This document shows positions 41,501 to 58,945 of a DNA stretch of 64,000 nucleotides, one piece after another. The notes under the pieces are model-generated. The model worked only from the letters and a program-made list of their open reading frames with translations. It had not been told where the DNA came from and made no database searches. This stretch comes from Squalus acanthias (taxonomy: Eukaryota). Every line of letters begins with the position of its first letter. The first letter of the stretch is position 1. Location of the stretch: NCBI GenBank assembly GCA_030390025.1, contig JASTWF010000333.1, positions 434,001-498,000 of the forward strand, in the 5' to 3' direction. A program made the translations under genes and the position numbers.

Positions 41501-44500
41501 ACACACACAAAAACTGAATCATCCACACACACACCCTGAATCATCCTCACACACACACACCTGAATCATCCTCACACAGACACACCCTGAATCATCCTCA
41601 CACACACACACACCCTGAATCACCCTCACACACACACACCCTGAATCAAACTCACACACACACCCTGAATCATCCTCACACACACACACCCTGAATCATC
41701 CTCACACACACACCTGAATCATCCTCACACACACACTGAATCATCCTCACATACACAGACACACCCTGAATCACCCTCACACACACACACACCCTGAATC
41801 ATCCTCACACACACACACACACACACCCTGAATCATCCTCACCCACACACACACACCCTGAATCACCCTCACACACACACACCCTGAATCATCCTCACAC
41901 ACACACACACCCTGAATCATCCTCACACACACACACCCTCAATCATCCTCACACACACACCCTGAATCATCCTCACACACACACCCTGAATCATCCTCAC
42001 ACACACACACTCACCCTGAATCATCCTCACACACACAGACACACCCTGAATCATCCTCACACACACACACACCCTGAATCATCCTCACACACACATACCC
42101 TGAATCATCCTCACACACACAGACACACCCTGAATCATCCTCACACACACACACACACTGAATCATCCTCACACACACACACACACTGAATCATCCTCAC
42201 ACACACACACACCCTGAATCATCCTCACACACACACACACCCTGAATCATCCTCACACACACACACACCCTGAATCATCCCCACACGCACATCCTGTATC
42301 ATCCACATACACACACACCCTGAATCCACCTCACACACACACACCCTGATTCATCCTCACACACAAACACACCCTGAATCAACCTCACACACACACACAC
42401 ACCCTGAATCACCCTCACACACAAACACACACACCCTGAATCATCCTCACACACGCACACACCCTGAATCACCCTCACACACACACACCCTGAATCACCC
42501 TCACACACTCACACACCCTGAATCATCCTCACACACACACACACCCTGAATCATCCTCACACTCACACACACACCCTGAATCATCCTCACACACACACAC
42601 ACCCCCTGAATCATCCTCACACACACACACACCCTGAATCATCCTCACACACACACACACCCTGAATCATCCTCACACACACACCCTGAATCATACTCAC
42701 ACACACACACCCTGAATCCTCCTCACACACACACACACACTGAATCATCCTCACACACACACACACCCTGAATCATCCTCACACACACAGACACACCCTG
42801 AATCATCCTCACACACACACACACCCTGAATCATCCTCACACACACACACACTGAATCATCCTCACACGCACAGACACACCCTGAATCATCCTCACACAC
42901 ACACACACCCTGAATCATCCTCACACACACACACCCTGAATCATCCTCACACACACAGACACACCCTGAATCATCCTCACACACACACACACACTGAATC
43001 ATCCTCACACACACACACACACACCCTGAATCATCCTCACACACACACACACCCTGAATCATCCTCACACACACACACACCCTGAATCATCCTCACACAC
43101 ACACACACACACTGAATCATCCTCACACACACACAAACACACCCTGAATCATCCTCACACACACACACACCATGAATCATCCTCACACACACACCCTGAA
43201 TCATCCTCACACACACACACACACCCTGAATCATCCTCACACACACACACACCCTGAATCATCCTCACACACACACACACACCCTGAATCACCCTCACAC
43301 ACACACACACACCCTGAATCACCCTCACACACACACACACACCCTGAATCATCCTCACACACACACACACCCTCAATCATCCTCACATACACACACACAC
43401 ACCTTGAATCATCCTCACACACACACACACCCTGAATCACCCTCACACACACACACCCTGAATCATCCTCACACACACACACCCTGAATCATCCTCACAC
43501 ACACACACAAACCCTGAATCATCCTCACACACACACACACCCTGAATCATCCTCACACACACACACACACACACACACACCCTGAATCATCCTCACACAC
43601 ACACACACACAAAAACTGAATCATCCACACACACACCCTGAATCATCCTCACACACACACACCTGAATCATCCTCACACAGACACACCCTGAATCATCCT
43701 CACACACACACACACCCTGAATCACCCTCACACACACACACCCTGAATCAAACTCACACACACACATTCTGAATCATCCTCACACACACACACCCTGAAT
43801 CATCCTCACACACACACCTGAATCATCCTCACACACACACTGAATCATCCTCACATACACAGACACACCCTGAATCACCCTCACACACACACACACCCTG
43901 AATCATCCTCACACACACACACACACACACCCTGAATCATCCTCACCCACACACACACACCCTGAATCATCCTCACACACACACACACCTGAATCGTCCT
44001 CACACACACACACACACCCTGAATCATCCTCACACACACACACACACCCTGAATCATCCTCACACACACACACGCTGAATCACCCTCACACACACACCCT
44101 GAATCATCCTCACACACACACACACCCTGAATCATCCTCACACACACACACACCTGAACCATCCTCACACACACACACCCTGAATCATCGTCACACACAC
44201 ACACCCTGAATCATCCTCACACACACACACCCTGAATCATCCTCACACACACACACACCCTGAATCATCCTCACACTCACACACCCTGAATCATCCTCAC
44301 ACACACACACACCCTGAATCATCGTCACACACACACACCCTGAATCATCCTCACACACACACACCCTGAATCATCCTCACACACACACACACCCTGAATC
44401 ATCCCCACACACACACCCTGAATCACCCTCACACACACACACACCTGAATCATCCTCACAAACACACACACCGTGAATCATCCTCACACACACACACACC

Positions 44501-47500
44501 CTGAATCATCCTCACACACACACACACCCTGAATCATCCTCACACACACACACCCTGAATCATCCTCACAGACACACACACCCTGAATCATCCTCACACA
44601 CACACACACCCTGAATCATCCTCACACACACACCCTGAATCATCCTCACACACACACACACACCCTGAATCATCCTCACACAAACACACCCTGAATCATC
44701 CTCACACACACACACACCCTGAATCATCCTCACACACACACACACACCCTGAATCATCCTCACACACACACACACCCTGAATCATCCTCACACACACACA
44801 CACCCTGAATCATCCCCACACACACACCCTGAATCATCCTCATACACACACACCCTGAATCAACCTCACACACACACACACCCTGAATCACCCTCACACA
44901 CACACACCCTGATTCATCCTCACACACAAACACACCCTGAATCAACCTCACACACACACACACACCCTGAATCACCCTCACACACAAACACACACATCCT
45001 GAATCATCCTCACACACGCACACACCCTGAATCACCCTCACACACACACACCCTGAATCACCCTCACACACTCACACACCCTGAATCATCCTCACACACA
45101 CACACATCCTGAATCACCCTCACACACACACACACACTGAATCACCCTCACACACACACACACCCTGAATCATCCTCACATTCACACACACCCTGAATCA
45201 TCCTCACACACACACACACACCCTGAATCATCCTCACACACACACACACCCTGAATCATCCTCACACACACACACACCCTGAATCATCCTCACACACACA
45301 CCCTGAATCATACTCACACACACACACCCTGAATCATCCTCACACACACACACACACTGAATCATCCTCACACACACACACACCCTGAATCATCCTCACA
45401 CACACACACACCCTGAATCATCCTCACACACACACACAACTGAACCATCCTCACACACACACACACCCTGAATCATCCTCACACACACACACCCTGAATC
45501 ATCCTCACACACACACACCCTGAATCATCCTCACACACACACACACCTGAATCATCCTCACACACACACTGAATCATCCTCACATACACACACCCTGAAT
45601 CATCCTCACACACACAGACACACCCTGAATCACCCTCACACACACACACACCCTGAATCATCCTCACACACACACACACACACCCTGAATCATCCTCACC
45701 CACACACACACACCCTGAATCATCCTCACACACACACACACCTGAATCGTCCTCACACACACACACACACCCTGAATCATCCTCACACACACACACACCC
45801 TGAATCATCCTCACACACACACACCCTGAATCATCCTCACACACACACACACCCTGAATCATCCTCACACACACACACCCTGAATCATCCTCACACACAC
45901 ACACACACACCCTGAATCATCCTCACACACACACCCTGAATCATCCTCACACACACACACTCACCCTGAATCATCCTCACACACACAGACACACCCTGAA
46001 TCATCCTCACACACACACACACCCTGAATCATCCTCACACACACACACACTGAATCATCCTCACACGCACAGACACACCCTGAATCATCCTCACACACAC
46101 ACACACCCTGAATCATCCTCACACACACACACCCTGAATCATCCTCACACACACAGACACACCCTGAATCATCCTCACACACACACACACACTGAATCAT
46201 CCTCACACACACACACACACCCTGAATCATCCTCACACACACACACACCCTGAATCATCCTCACACACACACACACCCTGAATCATCCTCACACACACAC
46301 ACACACACACTGAATCATCCTCACACACACACAAACACACCCTGAATCATCCTCACACACACACACACCATGAATCATCCTCACACACACACCCTGAATC
46401 ATCCTCACACACACACAAACACACCCTGAATCATCCTCACACACACACACACCCTGAATCATCCTCACACACACACACACACCCTGAATCACCCTCACAC
46501 ACACACACACACCCTGAATCACCCTCACACACACACACACACCCTGAATCATCCTCACACACACACACACCCTCAATCATCCTCACATACACACACACAC
46601 ACCTTGAATCATCCTCACACACACACACACCCTGAATCACCCTCACACACACACACCCTGAATCATCCTCACACACACACACCCTGAATCATCCTCACAC
46701 ACACACACAATCCCTGAATCATCCTCACACACACACACACACTGAATCATCCTCACACACACACACACACACACACACACCCTGAATCATCCTCACACAC
46801 ACACACACACAAAAACTGAATCATCCACACACACACCCTGAATCATCCTCACACACACACACCTGAATCATCCTCACACAGACACACCCTGAATCATCCT
46901 CACACACACACACACCCTGAATCACCCTCACACACACACACCCTGAATCAAACTCACACACACACCCTGAATCATCCTCACACACACACACCCTGAATCA
47001 TCCTCACACACACACCTGAATCATCCTCACACACACACTGAATCATCCTCACATACACAGACACACCCTGAATCACCCTCACACACACACACACCCTGAA
47101 TCATCCTCACACACACACACACACACACCCTGAATCATCCTCACCCACACACACACACCCTGAATCACCCTCACACACACACACCCTGAATCATCCTCAC
47201 ACACACACACACCCTGAATCATCCTCACACACACACACCCTCAATCATCCTCACACACACACCCTGAATCATCCTCACACACACACCCTGAATCATCCTC
47301 ACACACACACACTCACCCTGAATCATCCTCACACACACAGACACACCCTGAATCATCCTCACACACACACACACCCTGAATCATCCTCACACACACATAC
47401 CCTGAATCATCCTCACACACACAGACACACCCTGAATCATCCTCACACACACACACACACTGAATCATCCTCACACACACACACACACTGAATCATCCTC

Positions 47501-50500
47501 ACACACACACACACCCTGAATCATCCTCACACACACACACACCCTGAATCATCCTCACACACACACACACCCTGAATCATCCCCACACGCACATCCTGTA
47601 TCATCCACATACACACACACCCTGAATCCACCTCACACACACACACCCTGATTCATCCTCACACACAAACACACCCTGAATCAACCTCACACACACACAC
47701 ACACCCTGAATCACCCTCACACACAAACACACACACCCTGAATCATCCTCACACACGCACACACCCTGAATCACCCTCACACACACACACCCTGAATCAC
47801 CCTCACACACTCACACACCCTGAATCATCCTCACACACACACACACCCTGAATCATCCTCACACTCACACACACACCCTGAATCATCCTCACACACACAC
47901 ACACCCCTGAATCATCCTCACACACACACACACCCTGAATCATCCTCACACACACACACACCCTGAATCATCCTCACACACACACCCTGAATCATACTCA
48001 CACACACACACCCTGAATCCTCCTCACACACACACACACACTGAATCATCCTCACACACACACACACCCTGAATCATCCTCACACACACAGACACACCCT
48101 GAATCATCCTCACACACACACACACCCTGAATCATCCTCACACACGCACACACTGAATCATCCTCACACGCACAGACACACCCTGAATCATCCTCACACA
48201 CACACACACCCTGAATCATCCTCACACACACACACCCTGAATCATCCTCACACACACAGACACACCCTGAATCATCCTCACACACACACACACACTGAAT
48301 CATCCTCACACACACACACACACCCTGAATCATCCTCACACACACACACACCCTGAATCATCCTCACACACACACACACCCTGAATCATCCTCACACACA
48401 CACACACACACTGAATCATCCTCACACACACACAAACACACCCTGAATCATCCTCACACACACACACACCATGAATCATCCTCACACACACACCCTGAAT
48501 CATCCTCACACACACACAAACACACCCTGAATCATCCTCACACACACACACACCCTGAATCATCCTCACACACACACACACACCCTGAATCACCCTCACA
48601 CACACACACACACCCTGAATCACCCTCACACACACACACACACCCTGAATCATCCTCACACACACACACACCCTCAATCATCCTCACATACACACACACA
48701 CACCTTGAATCATCCTCACACACACACACACCCTGAATCACCCTCACACACACACACCCTGAATCATCCTCACACACACACACCCTGAATCATCCTCACA
48801 CACACACACAAACCCTGAATCATCCTCACACACACACACACCCTGAATCATCCTCACACACACACACACACACACACACACCCTGAATCATCCTCACACA
48901 CACACACACACAAAAACTGAATCATCCACACACACACCCTGAATCATCCTCACACACACACACCTGAATCATCCTCACACAGACACACCCTGAATCATCC
49001 TCACACACACACACACCCTGAATCACCCTCACACACACACACCCTGAATCAAACTCACACACACACATTCTGAATCATCCTCACACACACACACCCTGAA
49101 TCATCCTCACACACACACCTGAATCATCCTCACACACACACTGAATCATCCTCACATACACAGACACACCCTGAATCACCCTCACACACACACACACCCT
49201 GAATCATCCTCACACACACACACACACACACCCTGAATCATCCTCACCCACACACACACACCCTGAATCATCCTCACACACACACACACCTGAATCGTCC
49301 TCACACACACACACACACCCTGAATCATCCTCACACACACACACACACCCTGAATCATCCTCACACACACACACCCTGAATCATCCTCACACACACACAC
49401 ACCCTGAATCATCCTCACACACACACACCCTCAATCATCCTCACACACACACCCTGAATCATCCTCACACACACACCCTGAATCATCCTCACACACACAC
49501 ACTCACCCTGAATCATCCTCACACACACAGACACACCCTGAATCATCCTCACACACACACACACCCTGAATCATCCTCACACACACATACCCTGAATCAT
49601 CCTCACACACACAGACACACCCTGAATCATCCTCACACACACACACACACTGAATCATCCTCACACACACACACACACTGAATCATCCTCACACACACAC
49701 ACACCCTGAATCATCCTCACACACACACACACACCCTGAATCATCCTCACACACACACACACCCTGAATCATCCCCACACGCACATCCTGAATCATCCTC
49801 ATACACACACACCCTGAATCCACCTCACACACACACACCCTGATTCATCCTCATACACAAACACACCCTGAATCAACCTCACACACACACACACACCCTG
49901 AATCACCCTCACACACAAACACACACACCCTGAATCATCCTCACACACGCACACACCCTGAATCACCCTCACACACACACACCCTGAATCACCCTCACAC
50001 ACTCACACACCCTGAATCATCCTCACACACACACACACCCTGAATCACCCTCACACACACACACTGAATCACCCTCACACACACACACACCCTGAATCAT
50101 CCTCACACTCACACACACACCCTGAATCATCCTCACACACACACACACCCCCTGAATCATCCTCACACACACACACACCCTGAATCATCCTCACACACAC
50201 ACACACCCTGAATCATCCTCACACACACACCCTGAATCATACTCACACACACACACCCTGAATCCTCCTCACACACACACACACACTGAATCATCCTCAC
50301 ACACACACACACCCTGAATCATCCTCACACACACAGACACACCCTGAATCATCCTCACACACACACACACCCTGAATCATCCTCACACACACACACACTG
50401 AATCATCCTCACACACACACACACCCTGAATCATCCTCACACACACACACACCCTGAATCATCCTCACACACACACACACCCTGAATCATCCCCACACAC

Positions 50501-53500
50501 ACACACCCTGAATCATCCTCACACACACACACACCCTGAATCACCTCACACACACACACCCTGAATCATCCTCACACACACACACACCCTGAATCATCCT
50601 CACACACACACACACCCTGAATCATCCTCACACACACACACACCCTGAATCATCCTCACACACACACACACCCTGAATCATCCCTCACACACACACACCC
50701 TGAATCATCCTCACACACACACACACCCTGAATCATCCTCACACACACACACACCCTGAATCATCCCTCACACACACACACCTGAATCACCCTCACACAC
50801 ACACACACCCTGAATCATCCTCACACACACACACACCCTGAATCATCCTCACACACACACACACCCTGAATCATCCTCATACACACACACACCCTGAATC
50901 ATCCTCACACACACACACACCCTGAATCATCCTCACACACACACCCTGAATCATACTCACACACACACACCCTGAATCCTCCTCACACACACACACACAC
51001 TGAATCATCCTCACACACACACACACCCTGAATCATCCTCACACACACAGACACACCCTGAATCATCCTCACACACACACACACCCTGAATCATCCTCAC
51101 ACACACACACACTGAATCATCCTCACACGCACAGACACACCCTGAATCATCCTCACACACACACACACCCTGAATCATCCTCACACACACACACCCTGAA
51201 TCATCCTCACACACACACACACCCTGAATCATCCTCACACACACACACCCTGAATCATCCTCACACACACACACACACCCTGAATCATCCTCACACACAC
51301 ACCCTGAATCATCCTCACACACACACACTCACCCTGAATCATCCTCACACACACAGACACACCCTGAATCATCCTCACACACACACACACCCTGAATCAT
51401 CCTCACACACACACACACTGAATCATCCTCACACGCACAGACACACCCTGAATCATCCTCACACACACACACACCCTGAATCATCCTCACACACACACAC
51501 CCTGAATCATCCTCACACACACAGACACACCCTGAATCATCCTCACACACACACACACACTGAATCATCCTCACACACACACACACACACCCTGAATCAT
51601 CCTCACACACACACACACCCTGAATCATCCTCACACACACACACACCCTGAATCATCCTCATACACACACACACACACACTGAATCATCCTCACACACAC
51701 ACAAACACACCCTGAATCATCCTCACACACACACACACCATGAATCATCCTCACACACACACCCTGAATCATCCTCACACACACACAAACACACCCTGAA
51801 TCATCCTCACACACACACACACCCTGAATCATCCTCACACACACACACACACCCTGAATCACCCTCACACACACACACACACCCTGAATCACCCTCACAC
51901 ACACACACACACCCTGAATCATCCTCACACACACACACACCCTCAATCATCCTCACATACACACACACACACCTTGAATCATCCTCACACACACACACAC
52001 CCTGAATCACCCTCACACACACACACCCTGAATCATCCTCACACACACACACCCTGAATCATTCTCACACACACACACAAACCCTGAATCATCCTCACAC
52101 ACACACACACCCTGAATCATCCTCACACACACACACACACACACACACACCCTGAATCATCCTCACACACACACACACACAAAAACTGAATCATCCACCC
52201 ACACACCCTGAATCATCCTCACACACACACACCTGAATCATCCTCACACAGACACACCCTGAATCATCCTCACACACACACACACCCTGAATCACCCTCA
52301 CACACACACACCCTGAATCAAACTCACACACACACACCCTGAATCATCCTCACACACACACACCCTGAATCATCCTCACACACACACCTGAATCATCCTC
52401 ACACACACACTGAATCATCCTCACATACACAGACACACCCTGAATCACCCTCACACACACACACACCCTGAATCATCCTCACACACACACACACACACAC
52501 CCTGAATCATCCTCACCCACACACACACACCCTGAATCATCCTCACACACACACACACCTGAATCGTCCTCACACACACACACACACCCTGAATCATCCT
52601 CACACACACACACACACCCTGAATCATCCTCACACACACACACCCTGAATCATCCTCACACACACACACACCCTGAATCATCCTCACACACACACACCCT
52701 CAATCATCCTCACACACACACCCTGAATCATCCTCACACACACACCCTGAATCATCCTCACACACACACACTCACCCTGAATCATCCTCACACACACAGA
52801 CACACCCTGAATCATCCTCACACACACACACACCCTGAATCATCCTCACACACACATACCCTGAATCATCCTCACACACACAGACACACCCTGAATCATC
52901 CTCACACACACACACACACTGAATCATCCTCACACACACACACACACTGAATCATCCTCACACACACACACACCCTGAATCATCCTCACACACACACACA
53001 CACCCTGAATCATCCTCACACACACACACACCCTGAATCATCCCCACACGCACATCCTGAATCATCCTCATACACACACACCCTGAATCCACCTCACACA
53101 CACACACCCTGATTCATCCTCACACACAAACACACCCTGAATCAACCTCACACACACACACACACCCTGAATCACCCTCACACACAAACACACACACCCT
53201 GAATCATCCTCACACACGCACACACCCTGAATCACCCTCACACACACACACCCTGAATCACCCTCACACACTCACACACCCTGAATCATCCTCACACACA
53301 CACACACCCTGAATCACCCTCACACACACACACTGAATCACCCTCACACACACACACACCCTGAATCATCCTCACACTCACACACACACCCTGAATCATC
53401 CTCACACACACACACACCCCCTGAATCATCCTCACACACACACACACCCTGAATCATCCTCACACACACACACACCCTGAATCATCCTCACACACACACC

Positions 53501-56500
53501 CTGAATCATACTCACACACACACACCCTGAATCCTCCTCACACACACACACACACTGAATCATCCTCACACACACACACACCCTGAATCATCCTCACACA
53601 CACAGACACACCCTGAATAATCCTCACACACACACACACCCTGAATCATCCTCACACACACACACACTGAATCATCCTCACACGCACAGACACACCCTGA
53701 ATCATCCTCACACACACACACACCCTGAATCATCCTCACACACACACACCCTGAATCATCCTCACACACACAGACACACCCTGAATCATCCTCACACACA
53801 CACACACACTGAATCATCCTCACACACACACACACACACCCTGAATCATCCTCACACACACACACACCCTGAATCATCCTCACACACACACACACCCTGA
53901 ATCATCCTCACACACACACACACACACACACTGAATCATCCTCACACACACACAAACACACCCTGAATCATCCTCACACACACACACACCATGAATCATC
54001 CTCACACACACACCCTGAATCATCCTCACACACACACAAACACACCCTGAATCATCCTCACACACACACACACCCTGAATCATCCTCACACACACACACA
54101 CACCCTGAATCACCCTCACACACACACACACACCCGGAATCACCCTCACACACACACACACACCCTGAATCATCCTCACACACACACACACCCTCAATCA
54201 TCCTCACATACACACACACACACCTTGAATCATCCTCACACACACACACACCCTGAATCACCCTCACACACACACACCCTGAATCATCCTCACACACACA
54301 CACCCTGAATCATCCTCACACACACACACAAACCCTGAATCATCCTCACACACACACACACCCTGAATCATCCTCACACACACACACACACACACACACA
54401 CCCTGAATCATCCTCACACACACACACACACAAAAACTGAATCATCCTCACACACACCCTGAATCATCCTCACACACACACACCTGAATCATCCTCACAC
54501 AGACACACCCTGAATCATCCTCACACACACACACACCCTGAATCACCCTCACACACACACACCCTGAATCAAACTCACACACACACACCCTGAATCATCC
54601 TCACACACACACACCCTGAATCATCCTCACACACACACCTGAATCATCCTCACACACACACTGAATCATCCTCACATACACAGACACACCCTGAATCACC
54701 CTCACACACACACACACCCTGAATCATCCTCACACACACACACACACACACCCTGAATCATCCTCACCCACACACACACACCCTGAATCATCCTCACACA
54801 CACACACACCTGAATCGTCCTCACACACACACACACACCCTGAATCATCCTCACACACACACACACACCCTGAATCATCCTCACACACACACACCCTGAA
54901 TCATCCTCACACACACACACACCCTGAATCATCCTCACACACACACACCCTCAATCATCCTCACACACACACCCTGAATCATCCTCACACACACACCCTG
55001 AATCATCCTCACACACACACTCACCCTGAATCATCCTCACACACACACACACCCTGAATCATCCTCACACACACACACACCCTGAATCATCCTCACACAC
55101 ACATACCCTGAATCATCCTCACACACACAGACACACCCTGAATCATCCTCACACACACACACACACTGAATCATCCTCACACACACACACACACCCTGAA
55201 TCATCCTCACACACACACACACCCTGAATCATCCTCACACACACACACACACCCTGAATCATCCTCACACACACACACACCCTGAATCATCCCCACACGC
55301 ACATCCTGAATCATCCTCATACACACACACCCTGAATCCACCTCACACACACACACCCTGATTCATCCTCACACACAAACACACCCTGAATCAACCTCAC
55401 ACACACACACACCCTGAATCACCCTCACACACAAACACACACACCCTGAATCATCCTCACACACGCACACACCCTGAATCACCCTCACACACACACACCC
55501 TGAATCACCCTCACACACTCACACACCCTGAATCATCCTCACACACACACACACCCTGAATCACCCTCACACACACACACTGAATCACCCTCACACACAC
55601 ACACACCCTGAATCATCCTCACACTCACACACACACCCTGAATCATCCTCACACACACACACACCCCCTGAATCATCCTCACACACACACACACCCTGAA
55701 TCATCCTCACACACACACACACCCTGAATCATCCTCACACACACACCCTGAATCATACTCACACACACACACCCTGAATCCTCCTCACACACACACACAC
55801 ACTGAATCATCCTCACACACACACACACCCTGAATCATCCTCACACACACAGACACACCCTGAATCATCCTCACACACACACACACCCTGAATCATCCTC
55901 ACACACACACACACTGAATCATCCTCACACGCACAGACACACCCTGAATCATCCTCACACACACACACACCCTGAATCATCCTCACACACACACACCCTG
56001 AATCATCCTCACACACACAGACACATCCTGAATCATCCTCACACACACACACACACTGAATCATCCTCACACACACACACACACACCCTGAATCATCCTC
56101 ACACACACACACACCCTGAATCATCCTCACACACACACACACCCTGAATCATCCTCACACACACACACACACACACTGAATCATCCTCACACACACACAA
56201 ACACACCCTGAATCATCCTCACACACACACACACCATGAATCATCCTCACACACACACCCTGAATCATCCTCACACACACACAAACACACCCTGAATCAT
56301 CCTCACACACACACACACCCTGAATCATCCTCACACACACACACACACCCTGAATCACCCTCACACACACACACACACCCTGAATCACCCTCACACACAC
56401 ACACACACCCTGAATCATCCTCACACACACACACACCCTCAATCATCCTCACATACACACACACACACCTTGAATCATCCTCACACACACACACACCCTG

Positions 56501-58910
56501 AATCACCCTCACACACACACACCCTGAATCATCCTCACACACACACACCCTGAATCATCCTCACACACACACACAAACCCTGAATCATCCTCACACACAC
56601 ACACACCCTGAATCATCCTCACACACACACACACACACACACACACCCTGAATCATCCTCACACACACACACCTGAATCATCCTCACACAGACACACCCT
56701 GAATCATCCTCACACACACACACACCCTGAATCACCCTCACACACACACACCCTGAATCAAACTCACACACACACACCCTGAATCATCCTCACACACACA
56801 CACCCTGAATCATCCTCACACACACACCTGAATCATCCTCACACACACACTGAATCATCCTCACATACACAGACACACCCTGAATCACCCTCACACACAC
56901 ACACACCCTGAATCATCCTCACACACACACACACACACCCTGAATCATCCTCACCCACACACACACACCCTGAATCATCCTCACACACACACACACCTGA
57001 ATCGTCCTCACACACACACACACACCCTGAATCATCCTCACACACACACACACACCCTGAATCATCCTCACACACACACACCCTGAATCATCCTCACACA
57101 CACACACACCCTGAATCATCCTCACACACACACACCCTCAATCATCCTCACACACACACCCTGAATCATCCTCACACACACACCCTGAATCATCCTCACA
57201 CAAATACACTCTCCCTGAATCATCCTCACACACACAGACACACCCTGAATCATCCTCACACACACACACACCCTGAATCATCCTCACACACACATACCCT
57301 GAATCATCCTCACACACACAGACACACCCTGAATCATCCTCACACACACACACACACTGAATCATCCTCACACACACACACACACTGAATCATCCTCACA
57401 CACACACACACCCTGAATCATCCTCACACACACACACACACCCTGAATCATCCTCACACACACACACCCTGAATCATCCCCACACGCACATCCTGAATCA
57501 TCCTCATACACACACACCCTGAATCCACCTCACACACACACACCCTGATTCATCCTCACACACAAACACACCCTGAATCAACCTCACACACACACACACA
57601 CCCTGAATCACCCTCACACACAACACACACACCCTGAATCATCCTCACACACGCACACACCCTGAATCACCCTCACACACACACACCCTGAATCACCCTC
57701 ACACACTCACACACCCTGAATCATCCTCACACACACACACACCCTGAATCACCCTCACACACACACACCTGAATCACCCTCACACACACACACACCCTGA
57801 ATCATCCTCACACTCACACACACACCCTGAATCATCCTCACACACACACACACCCCCTGAATCATCCTCACACACACACACACCCTGAATCATCCTCACA
57901 CACACACACACCCTGAATCATCCTCACACACACACACCCTGAATCATCCTCACACACACACACCCTGAATCATCCTCACACACACACACACACTGAATCA
58001 TCCTCACACACACACACCCTGAATCATCCTCACACACACACACACCCTGAATCTTCCTCACACACACACACAACTGAACCATCCTCACACACACACACAC
58101 CCTGAATCATCCTCACACACACACACCCTGAATCATCCTCACACACACACACACCCTGAATCATCCTCACACACACACACACCCTGAATCATCCTCACAC
58201 ACACACACACACACCCTGAATCATCCTCACACACACACACACCCTGAATCATCCTCACACACACACACACACCCTGAATCAAACTCACACACACACACAC
58301 ACCCTGAATCATCCTCACACACACACACCCTGAATCATCCTCACACACACACACACCCTGAATCATCCTCACACACACACACACCCTGAATCATCCTCAC
58401 ACACACACACACACCCTGAATCATCCTCACACACACACCCTGAATCATCCTCACACACACACACTCACCCTGAATCATCCTCACACACACAGACACACCC
58501 TGAATCATCCTCACACACACACACACCCTGAATCATCCTCACACACACACACCCTGAATCATCCTCACACACACAGACACACCCTGAATCATCCTCACAC
58601 ACACACACTCACCCTGAATCATCCTCACACACACAGACACATCCTGAATCATCCTCACACACACACCCTGAATCATCCTCACACACACAGACACACCCTG
58701 AATCATCCTCACACACACACACACCCTGAATCATCCTCACACACACACACACCCTGAATCATCCTCACACACACACACACCCTGAATCATCCTCACACAC
58801 ACACACCCTGAATCACCCTCACACACACAAACCCTGAATCATCCTCACACACTCACACCTTGAATCATCCTCACACACACACACACACACATACACACAC
58901 CCTGAATCAT

Positions 58911-58945
<35 letters not shown>
